From NCBI GenBank assembly GCA_035249905.1, contig DATFFT010000004.1, positions 395 through 64,394 on the forward strand: 64,000 nucleotides of DNA, read 5' to 3'. The notes under the pieces are model-generated. The model did not search any database. It worked only from the letters and a program-made list of their open reading frames with translations, and was not told the DNA's origin. The position numbers were made by a program, and so were the translations under genes. Positions within the stretch are counted from its first letter, which is position 1; every line of letters begins with the position of its first letter. Of the stretch, positions 19,450 through 28,194 are shown piece after piece. The DNA comes from Actinomycetota bacterium. GTDB taxonomy: Bacteria; Actinomycetota; UBA4738; HRBIN12.

Positions 19450-20508
19450 TCACGGCAGGGTGAGCGGCAGGCCGAACGCGCCGAACACGCTCGGCTCGAA
19501 CGACGTGATCTCCACGATCGCTCCGTGCTGGATCCGCAGGACGTCGAGCACCTGGGCCTTGAACGCGCCCGGGAGCTCCCTCGTCGCCTCCGCGCTCGGT
19601 CGCTCGCAGTAGTGGGTCACGGCGGGCTGCCGGTTCGCCCTCGTGGAGACGCCTCGCCAACGTCCGTGGAACCTCGGCGAGGCCGGGTCGAAGACTTCCG
19701 TGTGGAGGCCGACGATCGCCTCGCGGCCGACGAACCACACCGGCTCCGGAGGCATCGTCAGCCGGACCTCGTCGGCGAGCAGCGCCGCCACGGCGTTCGG
19801 GTCGGCGCGCTCATGCGCATCGACGTAGCGTTGCAGCAAGGCACGTTCCTCGACGGTCGGATCGGCCGGCGTCGCCCAATCGTCGCGACGCGCCGGCAGG
19901 TGTCCCTTCACCGTCGTCCTGGCTCGAGCCAACGCGCTCTTCACCGAGGCGACGCTTCCCTCGAGGAGGGCCGCGGTCTCGGCGGCCGACCAGCCGAGGA
20001 CATCCCGCAAGATCAAAACCGCGCGTTGTCGCGGCGGCAGGTGCTGGATCGCGACCAGGAACGCGAGCTCGATCGTCTCCTTCGCGACGACGACGGTGTC
20101 CGGATCGGGAGCGCCCGACGCGGAGGCATCCAGCAGCAGATCCGGGTACGGCCCCAGCCAGGGGACCGCCGACGGCGGATCGGCCTCGACGGTCGCGGTC
20201 CCGGCGGTCGCGTCGTAGGCGTAAACCCGGCGAGGGTGTCGGTCGAGCACGTCGAGACACGCGTTCGTCGCGATCCGGTACAGCCACGCCCGGAAGGTAG
20301 AGCGCCCCTCGAAGGTGCTCCGGCGGCGCCATGCGCGAAGGAAGGTCTCTTGGACCAGATCCTCCGACTCCTGGAACGAGCCGAGCATCCGGTAGCAGTG
20401 CACGTGGAGCTCCCGCCGATGCCGCTCGAACAGCTCCGCGAACGCGGACTCGTCGCCCGCTCGCACGGCCGCGACGACCGCCCAGGGGTCGGCCTCACTC
20501 GCACGCAT
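19450..20508 (-). CDS. ECF sigma factor, SigG-like, with long NTF2/SnoaL-like C-terminal extension
   Basis: ELFERHRRELHVHCYRMLGSFQESEDLVQETFLRAW; region 4 LPPRQRAVLILRDVLGWSAAETAALLEGSVASVKSALARAR; about 150 aa C-terminal domain. Confidence 0.88.
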   Translation of the reverse strand: MRASEADPWAVVAAVRAGDESAFAELFERHRRELHVHCYRMLGSFQESEDLVQETFLRAWRRRSTFEGRSTFRAWLYRIATNACLDVLDRHPRRVYAYDATAGTATVEADPPSAVPWLGPYPDLLLDASASGAPDPDTVVVAKETIELAFLVAIQHLPPRQRAVLILRDVLGWSAAETAALLEGSVASVKSALARARTTVKGHLPARRDDWATPADPTVEERALLQRYVDAHERADPNAVAALLADEVRLTMPPEPVWFVGREAIVGLHTEVFDPASPRFHGRWRGVSTRANRQPAVTHYCERPSAEATRELPGAFKAQVLDVLRIQHGAIVEITSFEPSVFGAFGLPLTLP

Positions 20509-20586
20509 CCGTCCTCCGCTCACGACCACGACCCGCTCCCCGGGCTGGATCGGATGCTACCGGCGCGTTCGTGCGAAGCTGACCGC

Positions 20587-21102
20587 GTGGAGACCTGGGA
20601 CGCGATCCGCTCGCGGCGCAACGTGCGCACGTTCGACGGCCGGCCGCTCGACGACACGGTGCTCGAGCGGATCCTCGATGCGGCCCGCCGTTCACCGTCG
20701 TCGATGAACCAGCAGGCCTGGGACTTCGTGGTCGTGACCGACCGGGCCGGCCTGCAGGCGCTGTCGAAGGTCTGGACGCACGCCGAGCATGTCGCCGGCT
20801 CTGCGGCCACGATCGCGCTCGTGGCGCCGGCGTCGTCGGACGCCGACGAGCGCGAGACCTTCCAGTTCGACCTCGGGCAGGCGGCGATGAGCATGATGCT
20901 GGCAGCCGCCGATCAGGGCATCGGGAGCTGCCACGCCGCGGTCGCCGACCAGAGGATGGCGCGAGCGCTGCTCGGCCTCCCGGACGACCGCGAGTGCATG
21001 TGGCTGATCGCGCTGGGCGTACCCGCGGACCGGCCGTTGCGGCCCATCGAGCGGCCGAACCGCCGTCCGATGCACGACGTCGTTCATCGGGAACACTGGT
21101 AG
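20587..21102 (+). CDS. nitroreductase family protein
   Basis: GTG start; VETWDAIRSRRNVRTFDGRPLDDTVLERILDAARRSPSSMNQQAWDFVVV. The upstream part of the 525-aa track ORF is a shadow frame. Confidence 0.88.
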   Translation: METWDAIRSRRNVRTFDGRPLDDTVLERILDAARRSPSSMNQQAWDFVVVTDRAGLQALSKVWTHAEHVAGSAATIALVAPASSDADERETFQFDLGQAAMSMMLAAADQGIGSCHAAVADQRMARALLGLPDDRECMWLIALGVPADRPLRPIERPNRRPMHDVVHREHW

Positions 21103-21116
21103 CGAGCATCCCGGAG

Positions 21117-21162
21117 TTGACCGCGCGGTCGGTCGTGACTATCGTTCAACCGTACGGTTGAA
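21117..21162 (+). promoter_or_regulatory. promoter (TTGACC-N17-TATCGT) plus perfect 18-bp palindromic operator TTCAACCGTACGGTTGAA
   Basis: -35 at 21117-21122, -10 at 21140-21145, palindrome at 21145-21162, immediately upstream of the ArsR gene. Confidence 0.6.
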
Positions 21163-21191
21163 TAGTGGAAACCTCGGATCGGAGGGAAGCG

Positions 21192-21533
21192 GTGGCCGTC
21201 GATCAGCTCAGCACGACGCTGTCGGCGCTCGCCGACCCCACACGGCGCGCGATCCTCGAACGGCTCGCGGACGGCGAGGCCACGGTCAACAAGCTGGCCG
21301 ACCCGTTCCCGATCACCCTGCAGGCGGTGTCGAAGCACCTGAAGGTGCTCGAGCGTGCGGGGCTCATCACCCGCGCTCGCACGGCCCAGTGGCGTCCCTG
21401 CCGTTTGCGGGCCGAGCCGATGGGACAGGTCGATGCGTACCTGCGGGACTACCGTCGGTTCTGGGACGCCAGCTTCGACCGCCTCGACGAGCACCTGCGA
21501 CAGATCCAGGAGGGAGCCAACGATGATGTCTGA
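21192..21533 (+). CDS. ArsR/SmtB family transcriptional regulator
   Basis: LSALADPTRRAILERLADGEATVNKLADPFPITLQAVSKHLKVLERAGLI. GTG 21192 is preferred (SD GGAGGGA 4 nt upstream; N-terminal length matches the two paralogs). The track start at 21165 is the alternative. Confidence 0.88.
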   Translation: MAVDQLSTTLSALADPTRRAILERLADGEATVNKLADPFPITLQAVSKHLKVLERAGLITRARTAQWRPCRLRAEPMGQVDAYLRDYRRFWDASFDRLDEHLRQIQEGANDDV

Positions 21534-22044
21534 CCCGATGCCCGACGAGGGGGTGGTCTCGGCCGCGAGCGATGCCGACGGCATCGTGATCGTGCGCGTC
21601 TTCGACGCCCCCCGCGAGCTCGTGTTCAAGGCGTGGACCGAGCCGGAGCGGTTCGCGACCTGGTTCGGAGAGCACGGTTCGTCGATCCCGCTCGAGAACA
21701 TCTCCATGGATGCGCGCCCCGGCGGTGCATGGAGCGCGACCATGCTCCACGGGCCCGAGCGGATCGAGATCCCGTTCTTCGGCGAGTTCCGAGAGGTCGT
21801 CGAGCCCGAGGTGGTCGAGCTGACGCTCGACGTGGCGGGCGAGCCCGGAACCGGGAAGCCCGAGATCCTGCGGGCCGAGTTCCGCGACCTGGGCGGCGGC
21901 AGAACCGAGATGACGTTCACGCAGCGCGGCGGCAACCTGCCCGCCGACGAGTACTCGCGCGCGATGCGCGGGTCGCTTATCTTCTTCGAGCGCCTGGCAG
22001 AGCACCTCTCGGGCGAGCTCAAGGCGCGACACGACAGCGACTGA
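21523..22044 (+). CDS. SRPBCC superfamily protein (AHSA1/Aha1-like domain)
   Basis: IVRVFDAPRELVFKAWTEPERFATWFGEHGSS...RPGGAW...MTFTQRGGNLP. Overlaps the ArsR 3' end by 11 nt. Confidence 0.88.
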   Translation: MMSDPMPDEGVVSAASDADGIVIVRVFDAPRELVFKAWTEPERFATWFGEHGSSIPLENISMDARPGGAWSATMLHGPERIEIPFFGEFREVVEPEVVELTLDVAGEPGTGKPEILRAEFRDLGGGRTEMTFTQRGGNLPADEYSRAMRGSLIFFERLAEHLSGELKARHDSD

Positions 22045-22060
22045 CCGAGGGGAGCTCTTC

Positions 22061-22837
22061 GTGGAAACCGTGACCTCCGCAGACGGCACCACGATCGCGT
22101 TCGATCGCTCGGGCAACGGACCGCCGGTGGTGCTCGTGTGCGGAGGATCGGTCGACCGCATGTCGAACGCGGGGCTGGCCGCAGCACTCGCCGACCGCTT
22201 CACCGTGCTCAACTACGATCGGCGCGGGCGCGGCGACAGCGGCGACACGCCTCCCTACGCTGTGCAGCGCGAGATCGAGGACATCGACGCCGTCATCGGA
22301 GCGGCCGGGGGATCTGCGCACCTGTACGGCACGTCGTCGGGTGCGGCGCTCGCCCTCGACGCGGCCGCGAGCGGGCTGCCGGTCGACAGGCTCGCTCTCT
22401 GGGAGCCGCCGTACATCCCCGAGGGTTTCCCGAAGCCACCGGCCGACACCGCGAAGGCATACACCGAGCTCGTCGAGGCCGGCCGGCGCGGCGACGCGGT
22501 CGAGTTCTTCATGTCGAAGGTAGTCGGCCTGCCCGACGAGTTCGTCGCCCAGGCGCGCAGCTCGCCGTTCTGGCCGGCGCAGGAGGCGCTGGCCCACACG
22601 CTGGCGTACGACGCCACGATCATGGCCGACTACTCGGTGCCGACCGAGCGTGCGGCCGGCGTGAAGGTCCCGACGATCGTGATGGCGGGCGCCGCGAGCT
22701 TCCCGTGGATGAGCGACACGGCGAGGGCGCTCGCCGACGCGCTGCCCGACGGCGAAGTGCGCATCTTGGAGGGCCAAACGCACGACGTCTCGCCCGACGC
22801 GATGGCCTCAGCGCTCGCCGGGTTCTTCGGCGCCTGA
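22061..22837 (+). CDS. alpha/beta hydrolase
   Basis: TSADGTTIAFDRSGNGPPVVLV...LNYDRRGRGDSGDT...HLYGTSSGAALALDAAA. Paralog of 18545..19357. Confidence 0.88.
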   Translation: METVTSADGTTIAFDRSGNGPPVVLVCGGSVDRMSNAGLAAALADRFTVLNYDRRGRGDSGDTPPYAVQREIEDIDAVIGAAGGSAHLYGTSSGAALALDAAASGLPVDRLALWEPPYIPEGFPKPPADTAKAYTELVEAGRRGDAVEFFMSKVVGLPDEFVAQARSSPFWPAQEALAHTLAYDATIMADYSVPTERAAGVKVPTIVMAGAASFPWMSDTARALADALPDGEVRILEGQTHDVSPDAMASALAGFFGA

Positions 22838-22855
22838 CCCGAACCCGGTCGGGGC

Positions 22856-23662
22856 TCACTTCGGTCGAGGCTGGGCGACGACGAGGTGCCCTCGGATCGG
22901 GATCTCGAGCGTGCCGGACCCGGCGCGGAACGGGTCGAGGACGGTGCGCGCCTCCTCGATGATGCCTCGCAAGGCGTCGTCGCTCAGGCGCTCACCCAAC
23001 GGCGTGGCCCGCACCTCGGTGGTCACCATCTCCTCGATCGAGCCGAACGAGAGCGTGCTCTGCTCGGTGCGGATCGAGGTGGGCTCGAGGCCGGTAGCCG
23101 CGAGCGACGAGCGGAGCTCCTCGAGATCGCCTCGAACGAAGTAGGTGCTGAGCAGATCGATCGCGTCGGGGCCCGCGTGTCGCGCGGCGACATCGATGAA
23201 GGGCGAGTAGGCGGGCTGGGCCTGCCGACGATCCCACACCTGGATCCCGACCCTGCCGTCGTCGACGAGCACGCGGGCCATCTCGCGCAGGGCCTGCTCG
23301 ACGTCGGGGAAGAACATCAGTCCCGACTGGCACAGCACCACGTCGAACGAGCGATCCGGGAACGGAAGCCGCGCGGCGTCGCCCTGACGCCATGCCAGAT
23401 CGGGCCGGACCCGGCGAGCGACCGTGAGCATCGCCTCGTTCAGATCGAGGCCGACGACGTTCTCCCCGTCGCCGACGACGCCGGCGGCGGTCCTGGCGAC
23501 GATGCCCGTCCCGCACGCGATGTCGAGCACGCGGTGTCCCGGCGACACGCCGGCCGCGGAGACGAGCCGACCGGCCCACTCCTCGAAGAGCGCCGGCACG
23601 AACTGCGTCTCGTAGGCCTCGGCCTGCTCGATCGAGATCCGGAACGTCTCCGTGGCGCTCAT
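22856..23662 (-). CDS. class I SAM-dependent methyltransferase
   Basis: SAM motif I VLDIACGTGIVARTAA, plus DVVLCQSGLMFFPD. ATG 23662 with an upstream GAGGGGAGG. Confidence 0.88.
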   Translation of the reverse strand: MSATETFRISIEQAEAYETQFVPALFEEWAGRLVSAAGVSPGHRVLDIACGTGIVARTAAGVVGDGENVVGLDLNEAMLTVARRVRPDLAWRQGDAARLPFPDRSFDVVLCQSGLMFFPDVEQALREMARVLVDDGRVGIQVWDRRQAQPAYSPFIDVAARHAGPDAIDLLSTYFVRGDLEELRSSLAATGLEPTSIRTEQSTLSFGSIEEMVTTEVRATPLGERLSDDALRGIIEEARTVLDPFRAGSGTLEIPIRGHLVVAQPRPK

Positions 23663-23683
23663 GCCGCCTCCCCTCACCGCTTG

Positions 23684-23705
23684 AGATAGCACGTGCGTGC
23701 TATCT
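23684..23705. promoter_or_regulatory. putative TetR operator, perfect palindrome AGATAGCACG-TG-CGTGCTATCT
   Basis: 10-bp arms at 23684-23693 and 23696-23705, in the divergent methyltransferase/TetR intergenic region. Confidence 0.65.
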
Positions 23706-23745
23706 GAGGGGCGGAGAGTAGGCACGGTCGTGCTACCTTGTCAAG

Positions 23746-24375
23746 ATGCCGCCCCGCCCCCACGACGCTCCCCCTCGCCGGACCGACGGGGAACGCACCC
23801 ATGCCGCGATCCTCGAGAAGGCCGTCGAGGTCGCGTCGATCGAGGGCGTCCACGGCATGACCGTCGGCCGTCTCGCCGGCGCGCTCGGCGTCAGCAAGAG
23901 CGGGCTGTACGCGCATTTCGGATCGAAGGAAGAGCTGCAGCGGGAGACGATCGAGGCGGCCTGGGAGATCTACGAGCGGGAGGTGATGGCCCCCACGCTC
24001 GCCGCACCCGAAGGCATCGCCCAGATCGAGGCCATGCTCGAGGCGTTCTTCTCCTACGTGGAGCGAGACGTCTTCCCCGGCGGCTGCTTCTTCGCCGCCC
24101 TGCTCGCCGAAGAGGACGCGCGGACGGGGCCGATCCACGACCTCGTGGTGGAGTTGGAGGGTGGGACGCTCCCCGGGATCGCGGAGATGGTGGTCGCGGC
24201 GCAGCGGCGGGGCGAGATCGGAGCGGAGGTCGATGCGATGCAGCTCGCCTACGAGGTCTACGCGTTCATGGAGCTCGCCAACTTCCACTTCGTCCTGTTC
24301 CGGGATCCGCAAGTGCTCGAGCGAGGCCGGCACGCGACCGCAGGGGCGCTCGAAACCGCCCGCGCCGGCTCGTGA
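23746..24375 (+). CDS. TetR/AcrR family transcriptional regulator
   Basis: THAAILEKAVEVASIEGVHGMTVGRLAGALGVSKSGLYAHFGSKEELQ. Confidence 0.92.
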   Translation: MPPRPHDAPPRRTDGERTHAAILEKAVEVASIEGVHGMTVGRLAGALGVSKSGLYAHFGSKEELQRETIEAAWEIYEREVMAPTLAAPEGIAQIEAMLEAFFSYVERDVFPGGCFFAALLAEEDARTGPIHDLVVELEGGTLPGIAEMVVAAQRRGEIGAEVDAMQLAYEVYAFMELANFHFVLFRDPQVLERGRHATAGALETARAGS

Positions 24376-24423
24376 TCCGGAGTAGGGTCCGACGATCGGT
24401 TCCGGACGGACAGGGGGCCCCCG

Positions 24424-24621
24424 ATGCCGAAGGTCCAGGGATTGTCGAAGTCGGAAGCCAACTACCGACCCGCGTCCAAACCCACGGTGCGGTGCGCGGA
24501 GTGCAAGTACATGTTCCCGCGCCTGGCGATCGGTGGATGTCGCTACGTCCGCGGTGTGATCCACGCGGGCGACACGTGCGATGAGTTCACGCCGCGGAAG
24601 GCACCCGCCGCCGGAGCCTGA
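24424..24621 (+). CDS. 65-aa Cys4 mini-protein (possible zinc ribbon-like)
   Basis: MPKVQGLSKSEANYRPASKPTVRCAECKYMFPRLAIGGCRYVRGVIHAGDTCDEFTPRK, with spacing C-x2-C-x11-C-x12-C. SD AGGGGG is 6 nt upstream. Confidence 0.55.
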   Translation: MPKVQGLSKSEANYRPASKPTVRCAECKYMFPRLAIGGCRYVRGVIHAGDTCDEFTPRKAPAAGA

Positions 24622-24739
24622 CCGCACGCTTCCTCGGGGCGGTCGGCGTCTGGCCAGGATGGGTAGCCCTACCGATGCGACCGCTCGGTTCACTGCGCGA
24701 CGCTTCCCGTCGAGTTCCTTCGACGGATGGAGGTCCGAC

Positions 24740-25198
24740 ATGGTCGAGGTGCGAGTCGCGGCGGCAACCAGCCTTCCCCCCGATGCGGTCGTCGCTGCGG
24801 CGACCGACTTCAGCGAACGTCGCCCGGAGATCTGGGCCGACCTCGATCCCGACGTCTTCCTGGTCGAATCACTCGGAGACGGGGAAGCCGTGGTCGTCGA
24901 GGGATCGAAGACGTTCGGAGGCATCGAGGCGCGCGAGTCCTACGACTGGTCGAGCCCGGGCGTCGTGCGTTCCCGCGTGATCGACTCGAACGTGTTCGCG
25001 CCGGGCAGCTGGTGGGAGCTGCGGGTCTCCCCCGCCGACGGCGGGGGCTCTCGGGTCGAGTGGACGTCCCATCGGATCCCGCGCGGCGCGAAGGGGCACA
25101 TCCTGACCGCGACGCTGAGGCTCATGGGCGCCCGGTACCTCAGCCGGTACCTGCGAACGACCCTGGCCGACCTGGAGAGCGCCTCCGGTCACCGATGA
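24740..25198 (+). CDS. SRPBCC superfamily protein (polyketide cyclase/dehydrase-like)
   Basis: MVEVRVAAATSLPPDAVVAAATDFSERRPEIWADLDPD...WWELRVSPADGGGSRVEWTSH. SD GGATGGAGG. Confidence 0.75.
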   Translation: MVEVRVAAATSLPPDAVVAAATDFSERRPEIWADLDPDVFLVESLGDGEAVVVEGSKTFGGIEARESYDWSSPGVVRSRVIDSNVFAPGSWWELRVSPADGGGSRVEWTSHRIPRGAKGHILTATLRLMGARYLSRYLRTTLADLESASGHR

Positions 25199-25235
25199 GG
25201 TCTGCAGGTTCGTCGGCCCCGGCGGTGCGAACCGG

Positions 25236-26324
25236 TCACGCCGGCAGCAGGTAGCTCCAGCGCTCGTCCCACGAGACCCATGCCTGCCGCTGCGACGATC
25301 CCTCGGGGAGCCGGCGATCGAGGGGGGTGACGACCGAGAGCTTCGCTGAGTCCGGCCCCTCCACCAGATAGCGCACCACCGACCCCTGGAACGTCTCCTC
25401 GAGCACCCGCACGGCCATGCCTGCCCGCCCGTTCGGCCCGCCTTCCGCGGACAGCTGCAGATGCTCGGGCCTCAGCACGAGCACGCCCGGAGCGCCCGAG
25501 ACCGTGTCCGGCGAGGCCCCCGCCACCGTCGCGCGTCCCTTGCCGGGAAGCCTCACCGCCCACGCGTCGCCCTCACGGGCCTCGATCGTGACCGGGATGA
25601 GGCTCGCCTGACCGATGAAGCCCGCGACGAAGACCGACGCCGGCCGCAGGTAGATCTCCTCGGGCGTGCCGAGGTGCTCGATGCGCCCGTCGTGCATCAC
25701 GGCGATGCGGTCCGACATCGTGATCGCCTCGCCCTGATCGTGCGTGACGTAGACGAACGAGATCCCGACCTCCCGCTGGATCCGCTTCAGCTCGAACTGC
25801 ATCTCCTCGCGCAGCTTCAGGTCCAGGGCCCCGAGCGGCTCGTCGAGCAAGAGCACGGCCGGGCGGTTCGCGAGCGCCCGCGCGAGGGCGACCCGCTGCT
25901 GCTGGCCGCCGGACAGCTCGCGAGGGGCTCGATCCGCGTACCCCTGCAGCCGGACGGCGTCGAGCGCCTCCCCGACCCGGGTCCGGACCTCGGCCTTCGA
26001 AAGCTTCTTCCGTTCCGGTCCGAACGCGACGTTCTGCGCCACCGTCATGTGCGGGAAGAGCGCGTAGCTCTGGAACACGAGGTTCGTGTCGCGACGGTAG
26101 GGCGGAAGCCTGGAGGCGTCGTTGCCTTCGATCAGCACCTGCCCCTCGGTCGGCACCTCGAACCCCGCGAGCATGCGGAGCGTCGTGGTCTTGCCACAGC
26201 CGCTCGGACCGAGCAGCGAGAAGAACTCGCTCGCCCCGACCGTGAAGCTGACGTGATCGACCGCGGTGACTTCGCCGAACCGCTTGACGACGTCCCGTAG
26301 TTCCAGCGCTGCCGGCTCGTTCAC
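25236..26324 (-). CDS. ABC transporter ATP-binding protein, PotA/polyamine-type with C-terminal TOBE-like domain
   Basis: GTG start; GPSGCGKTT, LSGGQQQRVALARAL, LLLDEPLGALD. GTGA overlap with the upstream permease. Confidence 0.92.
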   Translation of the reverse strand: MNEPAALELRDVVKRFGEVTAVDHVSFTVGASEFFSLLGPSGCGKTTTLRMLAGFEVPTEGQVLIEGNDASRLPPYRRDTNLVFQSYALFPHMTVAQNVAFGPERKKLSKAEVRTRVGEALDAVRLQGYADRAPRELSGGQQQRVALARALANRPAVLLLDEPLGALDLKLREEMQFELKRIQREVGISFVYVTHDQGEAITMSDRIAVMHDGRIEHLGTPEEIYLRPASVFVAGFIGQASLIPVTIEAREGDAWAVRLPGKGRATVAGASPDTVSGAPGVLVLRPEHLQLSAEGGPNGRAGMAVRVLEETFQGSVVRYLVEGPDSAKLSVVTPLDRRLPEGSSQRQAWVSWDERWSYLLPA

Positions 26325-27214
26325 GAGCTCGCCTCCAATCGTCGGATCCTCGCGCCCCTGTAGCCGAGGAGGGCCACCACCACCGAGAGCGTGAGGAGCA
26401 TGAAGCTCATCGCCGCGCCGATCCCCCAGTTCCCCGCCTCGAGCACCTGTTCCTGGATCGCGTTGCCGATCATGTACCCGGATGTGCCGCCCACGAGTGC
26501 CGGGGTCGCGAACTCGGAGAACATCGGGATGTACACGATGATGATCGCGACGAAGATCCCCGGCGCAGCCAGCGGCAGCAGCAGCTTGCGGAATGTCGTC
26601 GTCAGCCTCGACCCGAGATCGTTGGCGGCCTCGAGCAGATCGGGCTCCACCGCCTTGAGCGCGGCGTAGATCGGGATCGTCGTGTAAGGGATGTACGTGG
26701 TGGCGAGCACGATCACCACCGACAGGCGCGTGAACAACAGGGCGTCGATCGGCGCGTCGATCACCCCCACGGCCTGCAACACGGAGTTCACGACCCCCTC
26801 GCGCCCGAGCATGATGCGCCAGGCATAGATGCGGATCAGCGGGTTCAACTCGCCCGCCATCACGAACATCAACAGCAGCAGCAGCTCGTATCGGGGACGA
26901 ACGCGGAACGCGAGCAGGTACGCGATCGGAAGTGCCACGATCAGCATGACCGCCATCGACACGGTGCAGATCAGGACCGTGTTCCACATCACCTTGAGGT
27001 AGGTGGGGTCGGTGAAGATCGTGGCGTAGTTGTCCAGGGTGTATCCGGTCGCGCCCGTGATCGACCGGAGCTGGAAGCTCATCCAGAGCAGCAGTGCCAG
27101 CGGCCCTCCGAAGAGCACGATCAGCCAGATCGACGGCGGCAGGGCGTAGGCGGACACGCGGCCGGAGACCTTGGCGGCGGCTCGGGCCTCGGCTCTGGCG
27201 TTCACCACCGCCAT
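26321..27214 (-). CDS. ABC transporter permease (PotB-like, binding-protein-dependent family)
   Basis: EAA-like loop LLEAANDLGSRLTTTFRKLLLPLAAPG; 6 TM. Confidence 0.9.
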   Translation of the reverse strand: MAVVNARAEARAAAKVSGRVSAYALPPSIWLIVLFGGPLALLLWMSFQLRSITGATGYTLDNYATIFTDPTYLKVMWNTVLICTVSMAVMLIVALPIAYLLAFRVRPRYELLLLLMFVMAGELNPLIRIYAWRIMLGREGVVNSVLQAVGVIDAPIDALLFTRLSVVIVLATTYIPYTTIPIYAALKAVEPDLLEAANDLGSRLTTTFRKLLLPLAAPGIFVAIIIVYIPMFSEFATPALVGGTSGYMIGNAIQEQVLEAGNWGIGAAMSFMLLTLSVVVALLGYRGARIRRLEASS

Positions 27215-27216
27215 CG

Positions 27217-28041
27217 CTAGCGCACCTGCCCCGCGAGCACGCCCGCGACCGCGTCGGCGTCGACCCCGCCATCGCGCCGCTTCGAGCCGACGCTCAAGCG
27301 CCAGGCGAGGAGCACCACGATCACCTGCACGACCGACACGAGGGTGCTGATCGCGTTGACGATCGGCACGTTCTGCGCGTGCCGCAACGTCGAGAACACC
27401 CAGATCGGGAACGTGAGCTCGAATCCGCCGGTGAAGAAGCTGATCACGAAGTTGTTGAACGAATAGCTGAACGCGAAGATCGCCGACGCGGCGAGCGCCG
27501 GCGCCACGTGCGGCAGCACGATGTAGCGAAGCACCTCACGCGGCTGCGCACCGAGGTCGAGCGCGGCCTCCTCGATGCGGCGATCGAAGCGCACGAGCCT
27601 CGCGCCGACGATGGCGGCCACGAGCGGGAACGCGACCGTCACGTGCATGACCCCGATCGTGCGCAGGCTCAGCGGCACGTGGAGCCGGTTGAAGAACATC
27701 AGCGCCCCGACCCCGACGAGCAGCCACGGCACGACGAGCGGGGCTCCGACCAGCCCCGCGACCCCTCCGCGCAACCGGTACCGGAACCTCGTCACGGCGA
27801 AGGCTGCCATGGTGCCGAGCACCAGCGAGATCGGCGTGACGATGAAGGCCACCGCCAGGGAGTTGCGCAGGCCCTCGAGCAGCACCGGGTTCGCCAGGGC
27901 GTCCGAGTACCAGCGCGTCGTGAACCCCTCGAAGGGCAGGGCGATCACGATGGAGTCGTTGAACGAGAAAGCCGCGAGCACGACGAGCGGGCCGTACAGC
28001 AGGAACACCACGACGCCGAAGAACAGACCCTTGGCCAACAT
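27217..28041 (-). CDS. ABC transporter permease (PotC-like)
   Basis: IEEAALDLGAQPREVLRYIVLPHVAPAL; 6 TM. Confidence 0.9.
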   Translation of the reverse strand: MLAKGLFFGVVVFLLYGPLVVLAAFSFNDSIVIALPFEGFTTRWYSDALANPVLLEGLRNSLAVAFIVTPISLVLGTMAAFAVTRFRYRLRGGVAGLVGAPLVVPWLLVGVGALMFFNRLHVPLSLRTIGVMHVTVAFPLVAAIVGARLVRFDRRIEEAALDLGAQPREVLRYIVLPHVAPALAASAIFAFSYSFNNFVISFFTGGFELTFPIWVFSTLRHAQNVPIVNAISTLVSVVQVIVVLLAWRLSVGSKRRDGGVDADAVAGVLAGQVR

Positions 28042-28194
28042 CGTCGTGGCGCCGGCCGCCCGGAAGCGAGGGGGCCCGACCGAGGCATCGGTGCCATCGC
28101 CCCCTCGCCGGGCGACCGGGGTCGGCGCGTCCGTTTCGATCGACGGCCGCAGGAGCTCGTCACGATCCAGAGCGAGTCATCCTCTCGTAGTCGG

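Noticed and set aside
26325-27272. Upstream extension making the PotA-like ATPase a 678-aa protein
   Set aside because: The extension overlaps the PotB-like permease gene, which lies in another frame of the same strand and is well supported. A GTG at 26324 gives a normal-length ATPase with GTGA coupling.
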